From an uncultured Chloroflexia bacterium (GTDB lineage: Bacteria; Chloroflexota; Limnocylindria; Limnocylindrales; CSP1-4), in assembly GCA_963710105.1 (NCBI GenBank), contig CAVPYV010000002.1, positions 22,084 through 86,083 of the forward strand: a stretch of DNA of 64,000 bases. Reading direction: 5' to 3'. The notes beneath the pieces were generated by a model, which ran no database searches, had not been told where the DNA came from, and saw only the letters and a list, made by a program, of their open reading frames with translations. Position numbers and translations under genes: made by a program. Below are positions 18,812-27,169 of this stretch, one piece after another; position 1 is the first letter of the stretch; every line of letters starts with the position of its first letter.

Positions 18812-19237
18812 TCAGCCTGCCGCGCGACGGCGCCCGACGTGGGCGATCCAGTCCCCGTCGGGGATCTCGTCGGCCAGCTCTTCGGCCGGCCCGTTGTAGA
18901 CGTAGACCCAGGCCGTCGCGACCGCGCCGCCGCCCACGGCGACGACCCGCCGGACGTACTCCGAGCCGGGCTCGTCGGCCGGGTCGTACGACTCGAGGGC
19001 GTCGAGCGCGACGAGCGCCTCCGCCCGAACGAGGCGCCACAGCTCGACGACGACGCGGCCAGCTCCGTCGAGGACGAGCGCCGGATAGGGATAGGCCCGC
19101 CTCGGAGAGCGCGGCATCTCCCGCAGCCGGCCGGCGATCCAGCCCGTCCCGAGATCCGGCAGCCCGTCGAGGTACGACGCGTTGATCTCGCCGCGGCGGA
19201 GCGTGCCGTAGACGGCGATGGCGGTCGGGTCGGCCAT
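18812..19237 (-). CDS. Gamma-glutamylcyclotransferase (AIG2/GGACT-like) family protein
   Basis: N-terminal YGTLRRG motif and typical length. Confidence 0.8.
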   Translation of the reverse strand: MADPTAIAVYGTLRRGEINASYLDGLPDLGTGWIAGRLREMPRSPRRAYPYPALVLDGAGRVVVELWRLVRAEALVALDALESYDPADEPGSEYVRRVVAVGGGAVATAWVYVYNGPAEELADEIPDGDWIAHVGRRRAAG

Positions 19238-19297
19238 GGCCGGGAGTCTGGCAGGACGGCCGGCGCCCCGTGAGGGGTCGGCGGCGTCCCGCTCGGG

Positions 19298-20695
19298 TCA
19301 GCCGACCGCGGCGACCACGGTCGCCAGCCGCCGGATTCCCTCGTCGATCGCGCCCTCCGAGATCGCTCCGTAGCCGAAGATCAGGCCCGTCCGACCGGGC
19401 GCGACGCGCCGCGACGTCAACCCGGCGAGTCCGATCCCGCCCCGTCCGGCACCCTCGAGGATCGCCTCCTCGGACAGCCCGGGCGGCAGCCAGGCGAGCA
19501 GATGGAGGCCGGCCGACGCCCCGATCGGCTCGAGCGCCGGCAGGTGCCGGGCGAGGGCCGCCAGCAGGGCATCCCGACGGCGGCGGTAGATCGGCCGCAT
19601 CCGCCGGAGGTGATGGTCGAGCTCGCCGCGAGCGAGGAGGTCGGCGAAGGCGAGCTGGTCGAAGGCGCCCGAGCCGTTGTCGACCGCCTGCTTGGCCGCC
19701 GTCACGGCGTCGACGAACGACGGCGGGACGACCAGCCAGCCGAGGCGGAGTCCGGGGGCGAGGATCTTGCTCGCCGAGCCGCCGTAGACGACGTGGTCGG
19801 GCCCGAGCCCCTGGATCGCGCCGATCGGCTCGCGGTCGTAGCGGAACTCGGCGTCGTAGTCGTCCTCGATGATCGTCCCGCCGCGTCGCCAGGCCCAGTC
19901 GACGAGGGCGGCCCGGCGGGCCGGCGGCAGGACGCTGCCGGTCGGGTACTGGTGGGCGGCCGTGACGAGGACGGCGCCCGCGTCGGTCTCCTCGAGCCGA
20001 TCGACGCGAAGCCCGGCGTCGTCGACCTCGATCGCGACCCAGTCCAGCCCGCCCGCGGCGATGATCGCGCGGAAGTCGGGGTCGGACGGATCCTCGACGG
20101 CGATCCGCCGGACGCCCCGCTCGCGGAGGGCCCGGGCGACGAGGCTGAGCCCCTGGACGAAGCCGGTGCAGACGACGACGTCCGCCGGGTCGGCGGCCGT
20201 GCCGCGGGCGCGGTTGAGGTACGCGGCGAGGGCGGCTCGAAGCTCCGGCACGCCGCGGCCCCCGAGGTAGGTGAACCGGTCGCTGGGGGCGGTGGCGAGG
20301 ACGCGCCGCATCGAGCGGAGCCAGGCCGCGCGCGGGAATTCCGCGACCTCCGGACGGCCGGGTCGGAAGTCGAACTCGAGGGCCGGCGGCGGAGCGACGC
20401 GGCGCGGCGCCGGCGCGGCGACCGCCGACCGCGCGACCCGGGTCGAGCCGCCGGGCCGGCTGGCGAGATAGCCCTCGGCGACGAGCTGCTCGTAGGCCTC
20501 GACGACGATGCCCCGCGACACCCCGAGCTGGCCCGCCAGGGCTCGCGACGACGGCAGGGCGCTCGCCGGGGGCAGCCGCCCGTCGCGGACCGCGCCGCGG
20601 AGCTCGCGCTCGAGCTGGCGGTGGAGGGGCTCGGGGCTGGTCCGGTCCAGGGCGACCAGCAGCTCCAGCACCGAACTGGTCCTTGCTTTCACCAT
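19298..20695 (-). CDS. MocR/PdxR-type regulator (GntR wHTH fused to a PLP aminotransferase-like domain)
   Basis: N-terminal LPSSRALAGQLGVSRGIVVEAYEQLVAEGYL (GntR HTH). C-terminal fold-type-I domain with SASKILAPGLRLGW (PLP lysine). Confidence 0.9.
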   Translation of the reverse strand: MVKARTSSVLELLVALDRTSPEPLHRQLERELRGAVRDGRLPPASALPSSRALAGQLGVSRGIVVEAYEQLVAEGYLASRPGGSTRVARSAVAAPAPRRVAPPPALEFDFRPGRPEVAEFPRAAWLRSMRRVLATAPSDRFTYLGGRGVPELRAALAAYLNRARGTAADPADVVVCTGFVQGLSLVARALRERGVRRIAVEDPSDPDFRAIIAAGGLDWVAIEVDDAGLRVDRLEETDAGAVLVTAAHQYPTGSVLPPARRAALVDWAWRRGGTIIEDDYDAEFRYDREPIGAIQGLGPDHVVYGGSASKILAPGLRLGWLVVPPSFVDAVTAAKQAVDNGSGAFDQLAFADLLARGELDHHLRRMRPIYRRRRDALLAALARHLPALEPIGASAGLHLLAWLPPGLSEEAILEGAGRGGIGLAGLTSRRVAPGRTGLIFGYGAISEGAIDEGIRRLATVVAAVG

Positions 20696-20722
20696 CAGAC
20701 TGGACCTTATCAGAGGACCGGT
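20675..20722. promoter_or_regulatory. Direct plus inverted repeats at the MocR start, candidate MocR binding sites
   Basis: ACTGGTCCTT (20675..20684) and ACTGGACCTT (20699..20708) are 24 bp apart. The inverted copy AGGACCGGT is at 20714..20722. Confidence 0.5.
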
Positions 20723-20777
20723 CGCGCGGCATCATCGGTCGTGCGAGGAACGAACCCCGACCACCGAGGTGAGCCAC

Positions 20778-20906
20778 ATGGATGCCCTGATCGCCCTCTC
20801 CGCCATCGTCACCGGCCTTGCCGCGCTCTCCGCGCTGAGCCTCGCCTTCGGCACCGACAGCCGCGACGGCTTCACGAACGAGCGCCGCCGCTCGAGTCTG
20901 AGCTGA
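20778..20906 (+). CDS. Possible 42-aa single-TM small protein
   Basis: ATG after GAGGTGAG. MDALIALSAIVTGLAALSALSLAF then a charged tail. No homology judgement is possible. Confidence 0.3.
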   Translation: MDALIALSAIVTGLAALSALSLAFGTDSRDGFTNERRRSSLS

Positions 20907-20974
20907 GCCCGGAGGGTGGAGCGTTCCGGCCCCGGCCCCCGATCATCAGCAGCCACCAGTCGAAGGAGCCAGCG

Positions 20975-21436
20975 ATGACGTCCTGGGATGACCTCGCCGC
21001 GGGAGCGCCGGAGATCGCCGCCTCCGGACGCCGCCTGATCGAGCGATCCGGCATCGGCGAGGGCCTGCTCGCAACCGTCCGGGGCGACGCCCCGCCGCGG
21101 ATCCACCCCGTCCACGTCCGGATCGCGAGCGGACGGCTCCTGACGTTCGTGATCGTCGGCTCGGCGAAGGCGGACGACCTCCGCGCCGACGGCCGCTACG
21201 CGCTCCATGCCCACCAGGACCCGGCCGTGCCGCACGAGTTCCTCGTGCGCGGCCGGGCGACCGAGGTGACGGACCCGGAGCGGCGGGCCGCGGCGGCCGC
21301 GGACTGGTCGTTCGAGGTCGACGACGGCTACGTGCTCTACGAGCTCTCGATCGACCACGCGGTCCTCGGCGAGCGCGCCACGGCCGACGACTGGCCGCCG
21401 GTCTACACGTCCTGGCGGCCGCACCCCGCGGACTGA
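20975..21436 (+). CDS. Pyridoxamine 5-prime-phosphate oxidase-family protein
   Basis: ATG at 20975 after GAAGGAG. Split-barrel-like sequence. Divergent from MocR, a typical MocR target arrangement. Confidence 0.75.
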   Translation: MTSWDDLAAGAPEIAASGRRLIERSGIGEGLLATVRGDAPPRIHPVHVRIASGRLLTFVIVGSAKADDLRADGRYALHAHQDPAVPHEFLVRGRATEVTDPERRAAAAADWSFEVDDGYVLYELSIDHAVLGERATADDWPPVYTSWRPHPAD

Positions 21437-21500
21437 GGGCGGCTCGGTCGGCCGCGAGCCGGAATCCCCGCCACGGCCCGGGCGGCTACGCTGAGGGTGC

Positions 21501-22802
21501 GTGATCGATCCGGGCTCCCTCCGCCGCCGTGCGCCGACGATCGACCGATCGTCGGACCGGCTGGTCGCCGTCGTCGCGATCGCGCTCGCGGTCGGGTTCC
21601 TCGTCGCGGCAGCCCTCGCGATGACGTTGCCGCTGGCCGACCGGCGCGGGGCCTGGCTGCCCCTCCACCTCGCCCTCGCCGGCGGCGCGACGACCGCGAT
21701 CGCCGGGGTCATGCCCTTCTTCGCGGCGGCGTTCGCGGCGGCGCCGCCGAGCGACGCCCGGCTGCGATCGGCCGCCGTCGGCGCGGTCGCGGTCGGCGCC
21801 ATCGGCGTCTCGACCGGGGTCGTCGGGTCGGCGAGCAGCGTCGCGGTCGCCGGGGGATCGCTGTTCATCGCCGGGGTCCTGCTGACCGGCACGGCCACGA
21901 TCCGCCCGCTGATGCGCGCCCTTGGTCCGAGCCGGGGCCTGATCACCCAGGGCTATGTCGTGGCCCTCGGCGAGGTGACGGTCGGGGCCGTCCTCGCGAC
22001 CCTCGTCGTGGCCGGCTGGGAGCCGCTCGTCGAGGCGTGGGGATCGATCAAGCCGGCCCACGCGTGGCTCAACCTCGTCGGGTTCGTGTCGCTCGTGATC
22101 GCGACGACCCTCCTCCACTTCTTCCCGACCGTGGTGGGCGCCCGGATCACCGTCCGCACGAGCGCCCGGCTGACCGTGCTCGGGCTGGCGCTCGGGGCGG
22201 CGGTCGTCGCTGCCGGGTTCACCGTCTCTTCGGACCCGGTGGTCCGGCTGGGAGCCGTCGTGACGGCCGTCGGCGCGGTCGCGGTCGCGACGAATGCCCG
22301 GGCAACCTGGACCAGCCGGGCGCGCTGGACGACCGACGCGTCGTGGCATCGCTTCGCCATCGGCTCGCTCGTCGGCGCGATCGCCTGGTTCGAGCTCGGG
22401 ATCGCGATCGCCGTGGGGCGCCTCCTCGTTGCCGGCTCCTCGCCGGCGGCGTGGTCGATCGAGGCCGTCGGCGCGCCTCTCGTCGCGGGCTGGATGGGCC
22501 TCGCCATCCTCGGGTCGGCGACCCACCTCCTCCCCGCCGTCGGGCCCGGCGACCAGGCGGCCCACGCCCGCCAGCGGCGCCTGCTCGGCCGGTTCGCCAT
22601 GGCCCGGCTCGCGGTCGCCAACGGCGGGGTCGCGGCCCTGGCGGTGGGCTGGCCGCTGCACGAACATGGGCTCACCGTCGGCGGGGCGATCCTCCTCGCG
22701 CTCGGACTGGGGTCGACGGGAGCGCTCGTCGCCGCGGCGGTCGTCCTCGGACTCGGCGCGCGGACCCGCCGACCCGGCGTCCCGCCCGGCGACGCAGGCT
22801 GA
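21501..22802 (+). CDS. Polytopic integral membrane protein of unknown function
   Basis: 433 aa, about 12 hydrophobic segments, with conserved-looking His residues in helices (HLALAGG, AHAWLNLVGF...LLHFFP, ATHLLP). Confidence 0.7.
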   Translation: MIDPGSLRRRAPTIDRSSDRLVAVVAIALAVGFLVAAALAMTLPLADRRGAWLPLHLALAGGATTAIAGVMPFFAAAFAAAPPSDARLRSAAVGAVAVGAIGVSTGVVGSASSVAVAGGSLFIAGVLLTGTATIRPLMRALGPSRGLITQGYVVALGEVTVGAVLATLVVAGWEPLVEAWGSIKPAHAWLNLVGFVSLVIATTLLHFFPTVVGARITVRTSARLTVLGLALGAAVVAAGFTVSSDPVVRLGAVVTAVGAVAVATNARATWTSRARWTTDASWHRFAIGSLVGAIAWFELGIAIAVGRLLVAGSSPAAWSIEAVGAPLVAGWMGLAILGSATHLLPAVGPGDQAAHARQRRLLGRFAMARLAVANGGVAALAVGWPLHEHGLTVGGAILLALGLGSTGALVAAAVVLGLGARTRRPGVPPGDAG

Positions 22803-22807
22803 CCGCC

Positions 22808-22834
22808 GGCGCGGCCGGCGCGGCCGGCGCGGCC
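22808..22834. repeat. (GGCGCGGCC)x3 tandem repeat just after a stop codon
   Basis: Three perfect 9-mers starting 6 nt after the TGA at 22800..22802. Confidence 0.8.
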
Positions 22835-22849
22835 GGGCATAAGCGACCC

Positions 22850-23053
22850 TCAGGGCGAAGGCGGGCGGCGGCCCGCGAGCCACGAATCCAGCGTCTCCCA
22901 GTCCGCCCGGTCCGGCCGATCCGCAAGCGTCGCCTCCCAGCTCGCCACCAGCGCCTCCGCGCGATCGGGCAGCTCGCCCGCCCCGATCAGGCGGGCGATC
23001 GCGGCCGCACGCCGCGCGGCGTTGATCCGATCCGGGTCGACGTGGCGGGCCAT
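22850..23053 (-). CDS. Hypothetical 67-aa protein
   Basis: ATG at 23053 (MARHVDPDRINAARRAAAIARLIG...). Composition is plausible but there is no recognisable motif. Confidence 0.35.
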   Translation of the reverse strand: MARHVDPDRINAARRAAAIARLIGAGELPDRAEALVASWEATLADRPDRADWETLDSWLAGRRPPSP

Positions 23054-23150
23054 GGGCCGATCATCCGCGGCCGCCGTGACAGCTCGGCTGGCGGAGCGCG
23101 GGCCACCGGTGGACCGGCGCGCCACGAGACGACCGCGCGATCGAGGTCCG

Positions 23151-24353
23151 TCAGACGACGCGCCGCCCCGCCTGCCAGACCTGTTCGACCCGCTCGGCCA
23201 GGTCGCTGAAGTCGTACGGGTCGCCGGCGACCACGACGAGGTCCGCCAGCTTGCCTTCGGCGATCGTGCCGAGATCGCGGTCGACGCCCATCAGCTCCGC
23301 CGCCGAGCGGGTCGTCGCCTCGAGGACCGCCGCCGGCGCCATCCCGCCGTCGGCCATGAGCTGGAGCTCCCGCAGGTTCCGGCCGTGCGGCGTCACGCCG
23401 CTGTCGGTGCCCATCGCGATCCGGACGCCGGCCTCGACCGCCCGGCGGAACGCGGCGCGGTGGATGTCGATCACCATCCGCGCCTTCTCGACGACCGCGG
23501 CGGGCAGGCTGATCCCAGCGTCCACCGCGTCGAGGACGCCCTGCGGCGCGACGAGCGTCGGCACGAACCACGCCCCGTGGCGGAGCATCAGCTCGATCCC
23601 CTCGTCGTCGAGGTAGATCCCGTGATCGATCGAGCGGATCCCCGCCCGCACGGCGTTCTTGATCCCGTCGGCGCCCTGGGCGTGGGCCATGACGGACATC
23701 CCGGCCGCGGTCGCCTCTTCGACGAGGGCCTCGAGCTCGGCCGGTCGGAAGTGGGCGTGGCGCGGGTCGTCGCGAGCCGACAGCACCCCGCCGGACGTCG
23801 CGACCTTGATCACGTCCGCCCCGTCGCGGTGGAGCTCGCGGACCTTGCGCCGGACCTCGCCGACGCCGTCGACGATCCCGGACGGCCGGCCCGGATGCGG
23901 CCCCATGAACGGGACGAGCGAGCCCGACGGGTACCAGTCGTCGCCGTGGCCGCCGGTCTGGCTGAGCATGATGATCGAGATCTGGAGGCGCGGGCCGGCG
24001 ATCGTGCCGTCGGCCACGGCCTCCTTGATCCCGAGGTCCGCGCCGCCGGCGTCGCGGGCCGAGGTGATCCCGATCGCGAGCGTCTTGCGGAGGTTCAGCT
24101 CCGCCTCGTAGAACTGCCGCGAGAACGGCTGCTGGACCGAGCCCCACAGGTCGACGTTCGAGAGGCAGACGTGGATGTGGCAGTCGAACAGGCCGGGCAG
24201 GACCGTCCGGCCGGCGACGTCGATCTCGGCGTCGCCGTCGAGGCCCGTTCCGACCCCGACGATCCGGCCGTCCTCGACCGCAACGTCCGCCCGGGCCGGA
24301 TCGCTGCCGGTCCCGTCGAAGACGCGGCCGCCGCTGAGCACCGTTCGGGTCAT
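23151..24353 (-). CDS. Amidohydrolase-superfamily metallo-hydrolase (imidazolonepropionase / prolidase-like)
   Basis: VLPGLFDCHIHV metal-binding HxH motif, later HAQG and D-containing motifs. 400 aa. Confidence 0.9.
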   Translation of the reverse strand: MTRTVLSGGRVFDGTGSDPARADVAVEDGRIVGVGTGLDGDAEIDVAGRTVLPGLFDCHIHVCLSNVDLWGSVQQPFSRQFYEAELNLRKTLAIGITSARDAGGADLGIKEAVADGTIAGPRLQISIIMLSQTGGHGDDWYPSGSLVPFMGPHPGRPSGIVDGVGEVRRKVRELHRDGADVIKVATSGGVLSARDDPRHAHFRPAELEALVEEATAAGMSVMAHAQGADGIKNAVRAGIRSIDHGIYLDDEGIELMLRHGAWFVPTLVAPQGVLDAVDAGISLPAAVVEKARMVIDIHRAAFRRAVEAGVRIAMGTDSGVTPHGRNLRELQLMADGGMAPAAVLEATTRSAAELMGVDRDLGTIAEGKLADLVVVAGDPYDFSDLAERVEQVWQAGRRVV

Positions 24354-25171
24354 CGCTCGTCCTCCATCCCTCGCCCGGGGTCGTCGGCAGCGGCCGGGCC
24401 CGTCGTCATCGTCGCCCGGAAGCGGTCCGCGCCTCCGTCGGCGCCCGTCAGGCGGTAGCTCCAGCCGGGTCCGTCGCGCCAGGCCGCGCCGTCCAGCTCG
24501 GCGCCGGCCTCGACCGCCAGGGCGAACTCCATCCGGTAGCGCCGCGGCCGGGCCGCCAGCGCCGACGCCGCGGCGTCGGCATCGGCGTCGATCAGGCTCT
24601 CCTCGAGCCAGTCGAGGTAGACGGCATTGTTCGCGTGGTCCATCGGGTCGAGCTCCTGGGGCCGGACGGCGAAGCGCCGGTGGACGGCGCCGGGCGGCGT
24701 CGGCGGCAGCGGGATCCGGCCGACGGAGCCGGTCAGCTCCGCACCCCCGAACACGTCCGGAAAGATCGCCGGGATCCGGGTCAGCGCACCGCGGGCGTCG
24801 ATCAGGACCCAGTCGGTGTGGACCCAGCCGGCAAGCCGGCCGTCGGCGAGGTGGAAGTCACCGCGGCGCCGGGCGAAGACGCGGCGAATCCCGACGATCG
24901 CCGTGCGGGCGGCGATCGTCGTGCCCATCTCGGGCGGCTCGAGGATGACGAGCTCCGCAGCGCGGACGAGCCAGGTCAGGCCGCGCTCCGCGTACCATGC
25001 CCGCCCGAACCCGAGGTCGGCCGAGTGCTGCCAGGCGAGGTCCTGCGCGTAGCGCATGAAGCCGGACGTCCGCAGCAGGCCGTCGGGCCCGGCCTCGTCG
25101 AACCGGACGCGGTAGGTCGTCTGCCAGGTCGACCGCCCGTCGCCCGGAGCCTCGCCGGCGACGGCGCTCAT
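24350..25171 (-). CDS. Acyl-ACP thioesterase-like (double hot-dog) protein
   Basis: ATG at 25171. YRVRFDEAGPDGLLRTSGFMRYAQD... and a second ...VRPQELDPMDHANNAVYLDWLEE... half. ATGA overlaps at both ends. Confidence 0.75.
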   Translation of the reverse strand: MSAVAGEAPGDGRSTWQTTYRVRFDEAGPDGLLRTSGFMRYAQDLAWQHSADLGFGRAWYAERGLTWLVRAAELVILEPPEMGTTIAARTAIVGIRRVFARRRGDFHLADGRLAGWVHTDWVLIDARGALTRIPAIFPDVFGGAELTGSVGRIPLPPTPPGAVHRRFAVRPQELDPMDHANNAVYLDWLEESLIDADADAAASALAARPRRYRMEFALAVEAGAELDGAAWRDGPGWSYRLTGADGGADRFRATMTTGPAAADDPGRGMEDER

Positions 25172-25857
25172 CGGCCGGCCAGGCGGTCGAGGCCCTCGAT
25201 GCCGATCACCCGGGTCTGATCGTGGGGCGCCGTCTGGCGATCGAGGCGGACCGCGCACGATCGCTCGGCGTCGAAGACGACGAGCGTGGCGGTCAGGGCC
25301 TCGTCCTCGTCGGCGGCATGGGTCCGCGCGTCGTCGAGCTGGTGGAGGACGTCCGCGTTGATCCCGCGCGCGCCCCACTTGCAGTCGATCGCCTCGGCAA
25401 CGCCGTCCGCCTCGACGGTCACGTCGTACGGGTGGATCTCCGCACGGACCCCGTCGAACAGGATCCGCCGCTCGCGCCGGACGGCGGACGACGACGCGGA
25501 CGCGAGGGCCGGCCGGCGGCGGACGAGGCCCTCGGTCAGCGCCTCGACGATCGCCCCGCGGACCTGGGAGCGGACCTGCTCGCCGCGCTCGGCGACCTCC
25601 AGCGAGGCGGCGAGGATGGCCTCGCTGCGGGCCCGCTCCGGTCCGTCGGCCGAAGCGGTCGGCCCGAAGAGGCTCGGGAACATCGCGATCCACGGCGCAG
25701 GCTCCGTCGACATCCCGTTCATCACCGCCCGGGCGAGGATCCTCTGGTCCTGGGTCGCGTCCGCCAGCAGGGTCGCGGCGCGGGCGACGAGCGGGTCGGC
25801 CTGGATCCCCGCGTACACCACGGCGCGAGCATCCGGGGCCGCGTCCTGGAACCTCAC
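25168..25857 (-). CDS. Hypothetical protein with C-terminal PD-(D/E)xK / Mrr-like nuclease-fold motif
   Basis: GTG at 25857 (GTGA overlap with the upstream gene). C-terminal ...HPYDVTVEADGVAEAIDCKWGARGINADVLHQL... fits D-x(n)-D-x-K followed by a helix, as in Mrr_cat-type domains. Confidence 0.55.
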   Translation of the reverse strand: MRFQDAAPDARAVVYAGIQADPLVARAATLLADATQDQRILARAVMNGMSTEPAPWIAMFPSLFGPTASADGPERARSEAILAASLEVAERGEQVRSQVRGAIVEALTEGLVRRRPALASASSSAVRRERRILFDGVRAEIHPYDVTVEADGVAEAIDCKWGARGINADVLHQLDDARTHAADEDEALTATLVVFDAERSCAVRLDRQTAPHDQTRVIGIEGLDRLAGR

Positions 25858-26159
25858 GGTCGCTCGCCGAGGGCGACCAGCAGGACCTGGGGGAAGGTCG
25901 AGAGCCAGTCGATCGCGCGATGGGGGTCGTCGAGCAGGGCGACCTCGGCGACGAGCGGGGCGACGGCCGCGACGGCCGCGGCTTCCAGCGCCTCGTCGCC
26001 GCGCGCCGTGGCACAGGCGTCCAGCCGCTCGGACCAGGCCGTCGCGAGGTCGTTGACGTACGACCACTCGTCCTCGACGTCCTCGGCCAGCGCGGTCAGG
26101 TCGTCGTACGCCGGACGCGCAAGGGCGATCGCGTCGGCGACGGTGACGATGGGGTCCAC
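25854..26159 (-). CDS. Hypothetical acidic 101-aa protein
   Basis: Normal (non Arg/Pro-rich) composition. Stop overlaps the next start. Confidence 0.55.
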   Translation of the reverse strand: MDPIVTVADAIALARPAYDDLTALAEDVEDEWSYVNDLATAWSERLDACATARGDEALEAAAVAAVAPLVAEVALLDDPHRAIDWLSTFPQVLLVALGERP

Positions 26160-26205
26160 GCGCCAAGACTAGCGCGGGCGGAGGCCGGCGGGCCGGTACG
26201 TGGCC

Positions 26206-26255
26206 GGGGCGGATCTCAGCGAGCCGGGGGCGGACCTCAGCGAGCCGGGGCCGAC
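26206..26255. repeat. Tandem duplication (20-21 nt units) containing a stop codon
   Basis: GGGGCGGATCTCAGCGAGCC / GGGGGCGGACCTCAGCGAGCC / GGGGCCGAC. The TCA at 26237..26239 is the stop of the minus-strand ORF 26237..26542, and a second in-frame TCA lies 21 nt further on. Confidence 0.85.
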
Positions 26256-26542
26256 CGCCGGCGGAGGAAGAACCCGCGAGGCCGCTCGCTGGCCGACAGG
26301 CCGCGCTGTGCGCGCGCGAGGAGCCGCAACAGCTGGCGGCGTGCCGCCTGGTCCCAGGCATCGGAGTACACCCGGGTCGCGGACGACCGGATCTGCGCCG
26401 CCTCGCGGCGCGCGCCGATCGCCTCGAGCTCGGCGACACGGTCGAGGATGGCCCGATAGAGCTCGGGCAGATCCTCGGCGAGCGTGACGGCAGGCTCGAC
26501 GGGCGCGGACAGGGCTGGGGTGGTCCGGGAGTCCATCACCAT
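26237..26542 (-). CDS. Hypothetical protein of about 100 aa
   Basis: Start at ATG 26542 or 26536 (MVMDSRTTP...). Helical-looking LPELYRAILDRVAELEAIGARREAAQIR. Confidence 0.45.
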   Translation of the reverse strand: MVMDSRTTPALSAPVEPAVTLAEDLPELYRAILDRVAELEAIGARREAAQIRSSATRVYSDAWDQAARRQLLRLLARAQRGLSASERPRGFFLRRRSAPAR

Positions 26543-26669
26543 CACGATGGACCCGCGGACGCTCCACGGGTATCGGAAACTCGTCCGGTTCCGCGAAGGC
26601 GAAAGTCCCCATCCGCCGTCATTTCGGTGCCGCACCCACGCGAGCGTCGCGTCGCACCTGGCCCCCGAT

Positions 26670-26684
26670 GAGCAGCCCGTGCTC
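26670..26684. repeat. Copy 1 of a 15-nt hairpin-forming repeat
   Basis: GAGCAGCCCGTGCTC (GAGCA/TGCTC stem). An identical copy sits at 26801..26815, and the flanks are partly similar. Confidence 0.8.
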
Positions 26685-26800
26685 GTTGCGTGGCTCGGCG
26701 GGGTCGTCGGACGACGGCCCGAGCACCAGCTGCTCAGCACGTCGCCTGAACGGCCGGAACTCGCGTTGCGGACTTCCGCCGCGATCCTCCGGCCGACAGC

Positions 26801-26815
26801 GAGCAGCCCGTGCTC
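26801..26815. repeat. Copy 2 of a 15-nt hairpin-forming repeat
   Basis: Identical to 26670..26684. Both lie in a 306-nt gap with no convincing ORF. Confidence 0.8.
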
Positions 26816-26848
26816 CGCGCGTCACGGACGAGCAGGCTGCGCCGGGCC

Positions 26849-27169
26849 TCAGTCCCCGGAATGGCTCCCGGATCGGATCGAGAACCGCTCGAACTGGCCG
26901 GTGCCCGGCATCCGGACCGCGTCCACCGCATCGACGATCGCCCCGGTGGGCCCGAGGCGGAGCTCCGCCTCGAGCCGCTCGAGGGCCTCGGGCGGCCCTT
27001 CGGCCACCAGGCGGACGCTGCCGTCGGGGACGTTCGCGACCCAGCCCACGAGTCCCTGCTCGGTGGCGCGGCGAACGACGAACCAGCGGAAGCCGACGCC
27101 CTGGACTCGGCCCCGGACGGTCGCCTCGAGACGGACGGCGCCGGCCGCCCGAGCCGCGCGATCGGTCAC
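26849..27169 (-). CDS. acyP: Acylphosphatase
   Basis: GTG at 27169 (GTGA overlap with holB). VRGRVQGVGFRWFV signature. Confidence 0.9.
   Translation of the reverse strand: MTDRAARAAGAVRLEATVRGRVQGVGFRWFVVRRATEQGLVGWVANVPDGSVRLVAEGPPEALERLEAELRLGPTGAIVDAVDAVRMPGTGQFERFSIRSGSHSGD

Noticed and set aside
26590-26615. GCGAAAGTCCCC string suggestive of the RNase P P4 region.
   Set aside because: It matches only GAAAGUCC. The flanking GAGG...GGGC context and every other RNase P element are missing.
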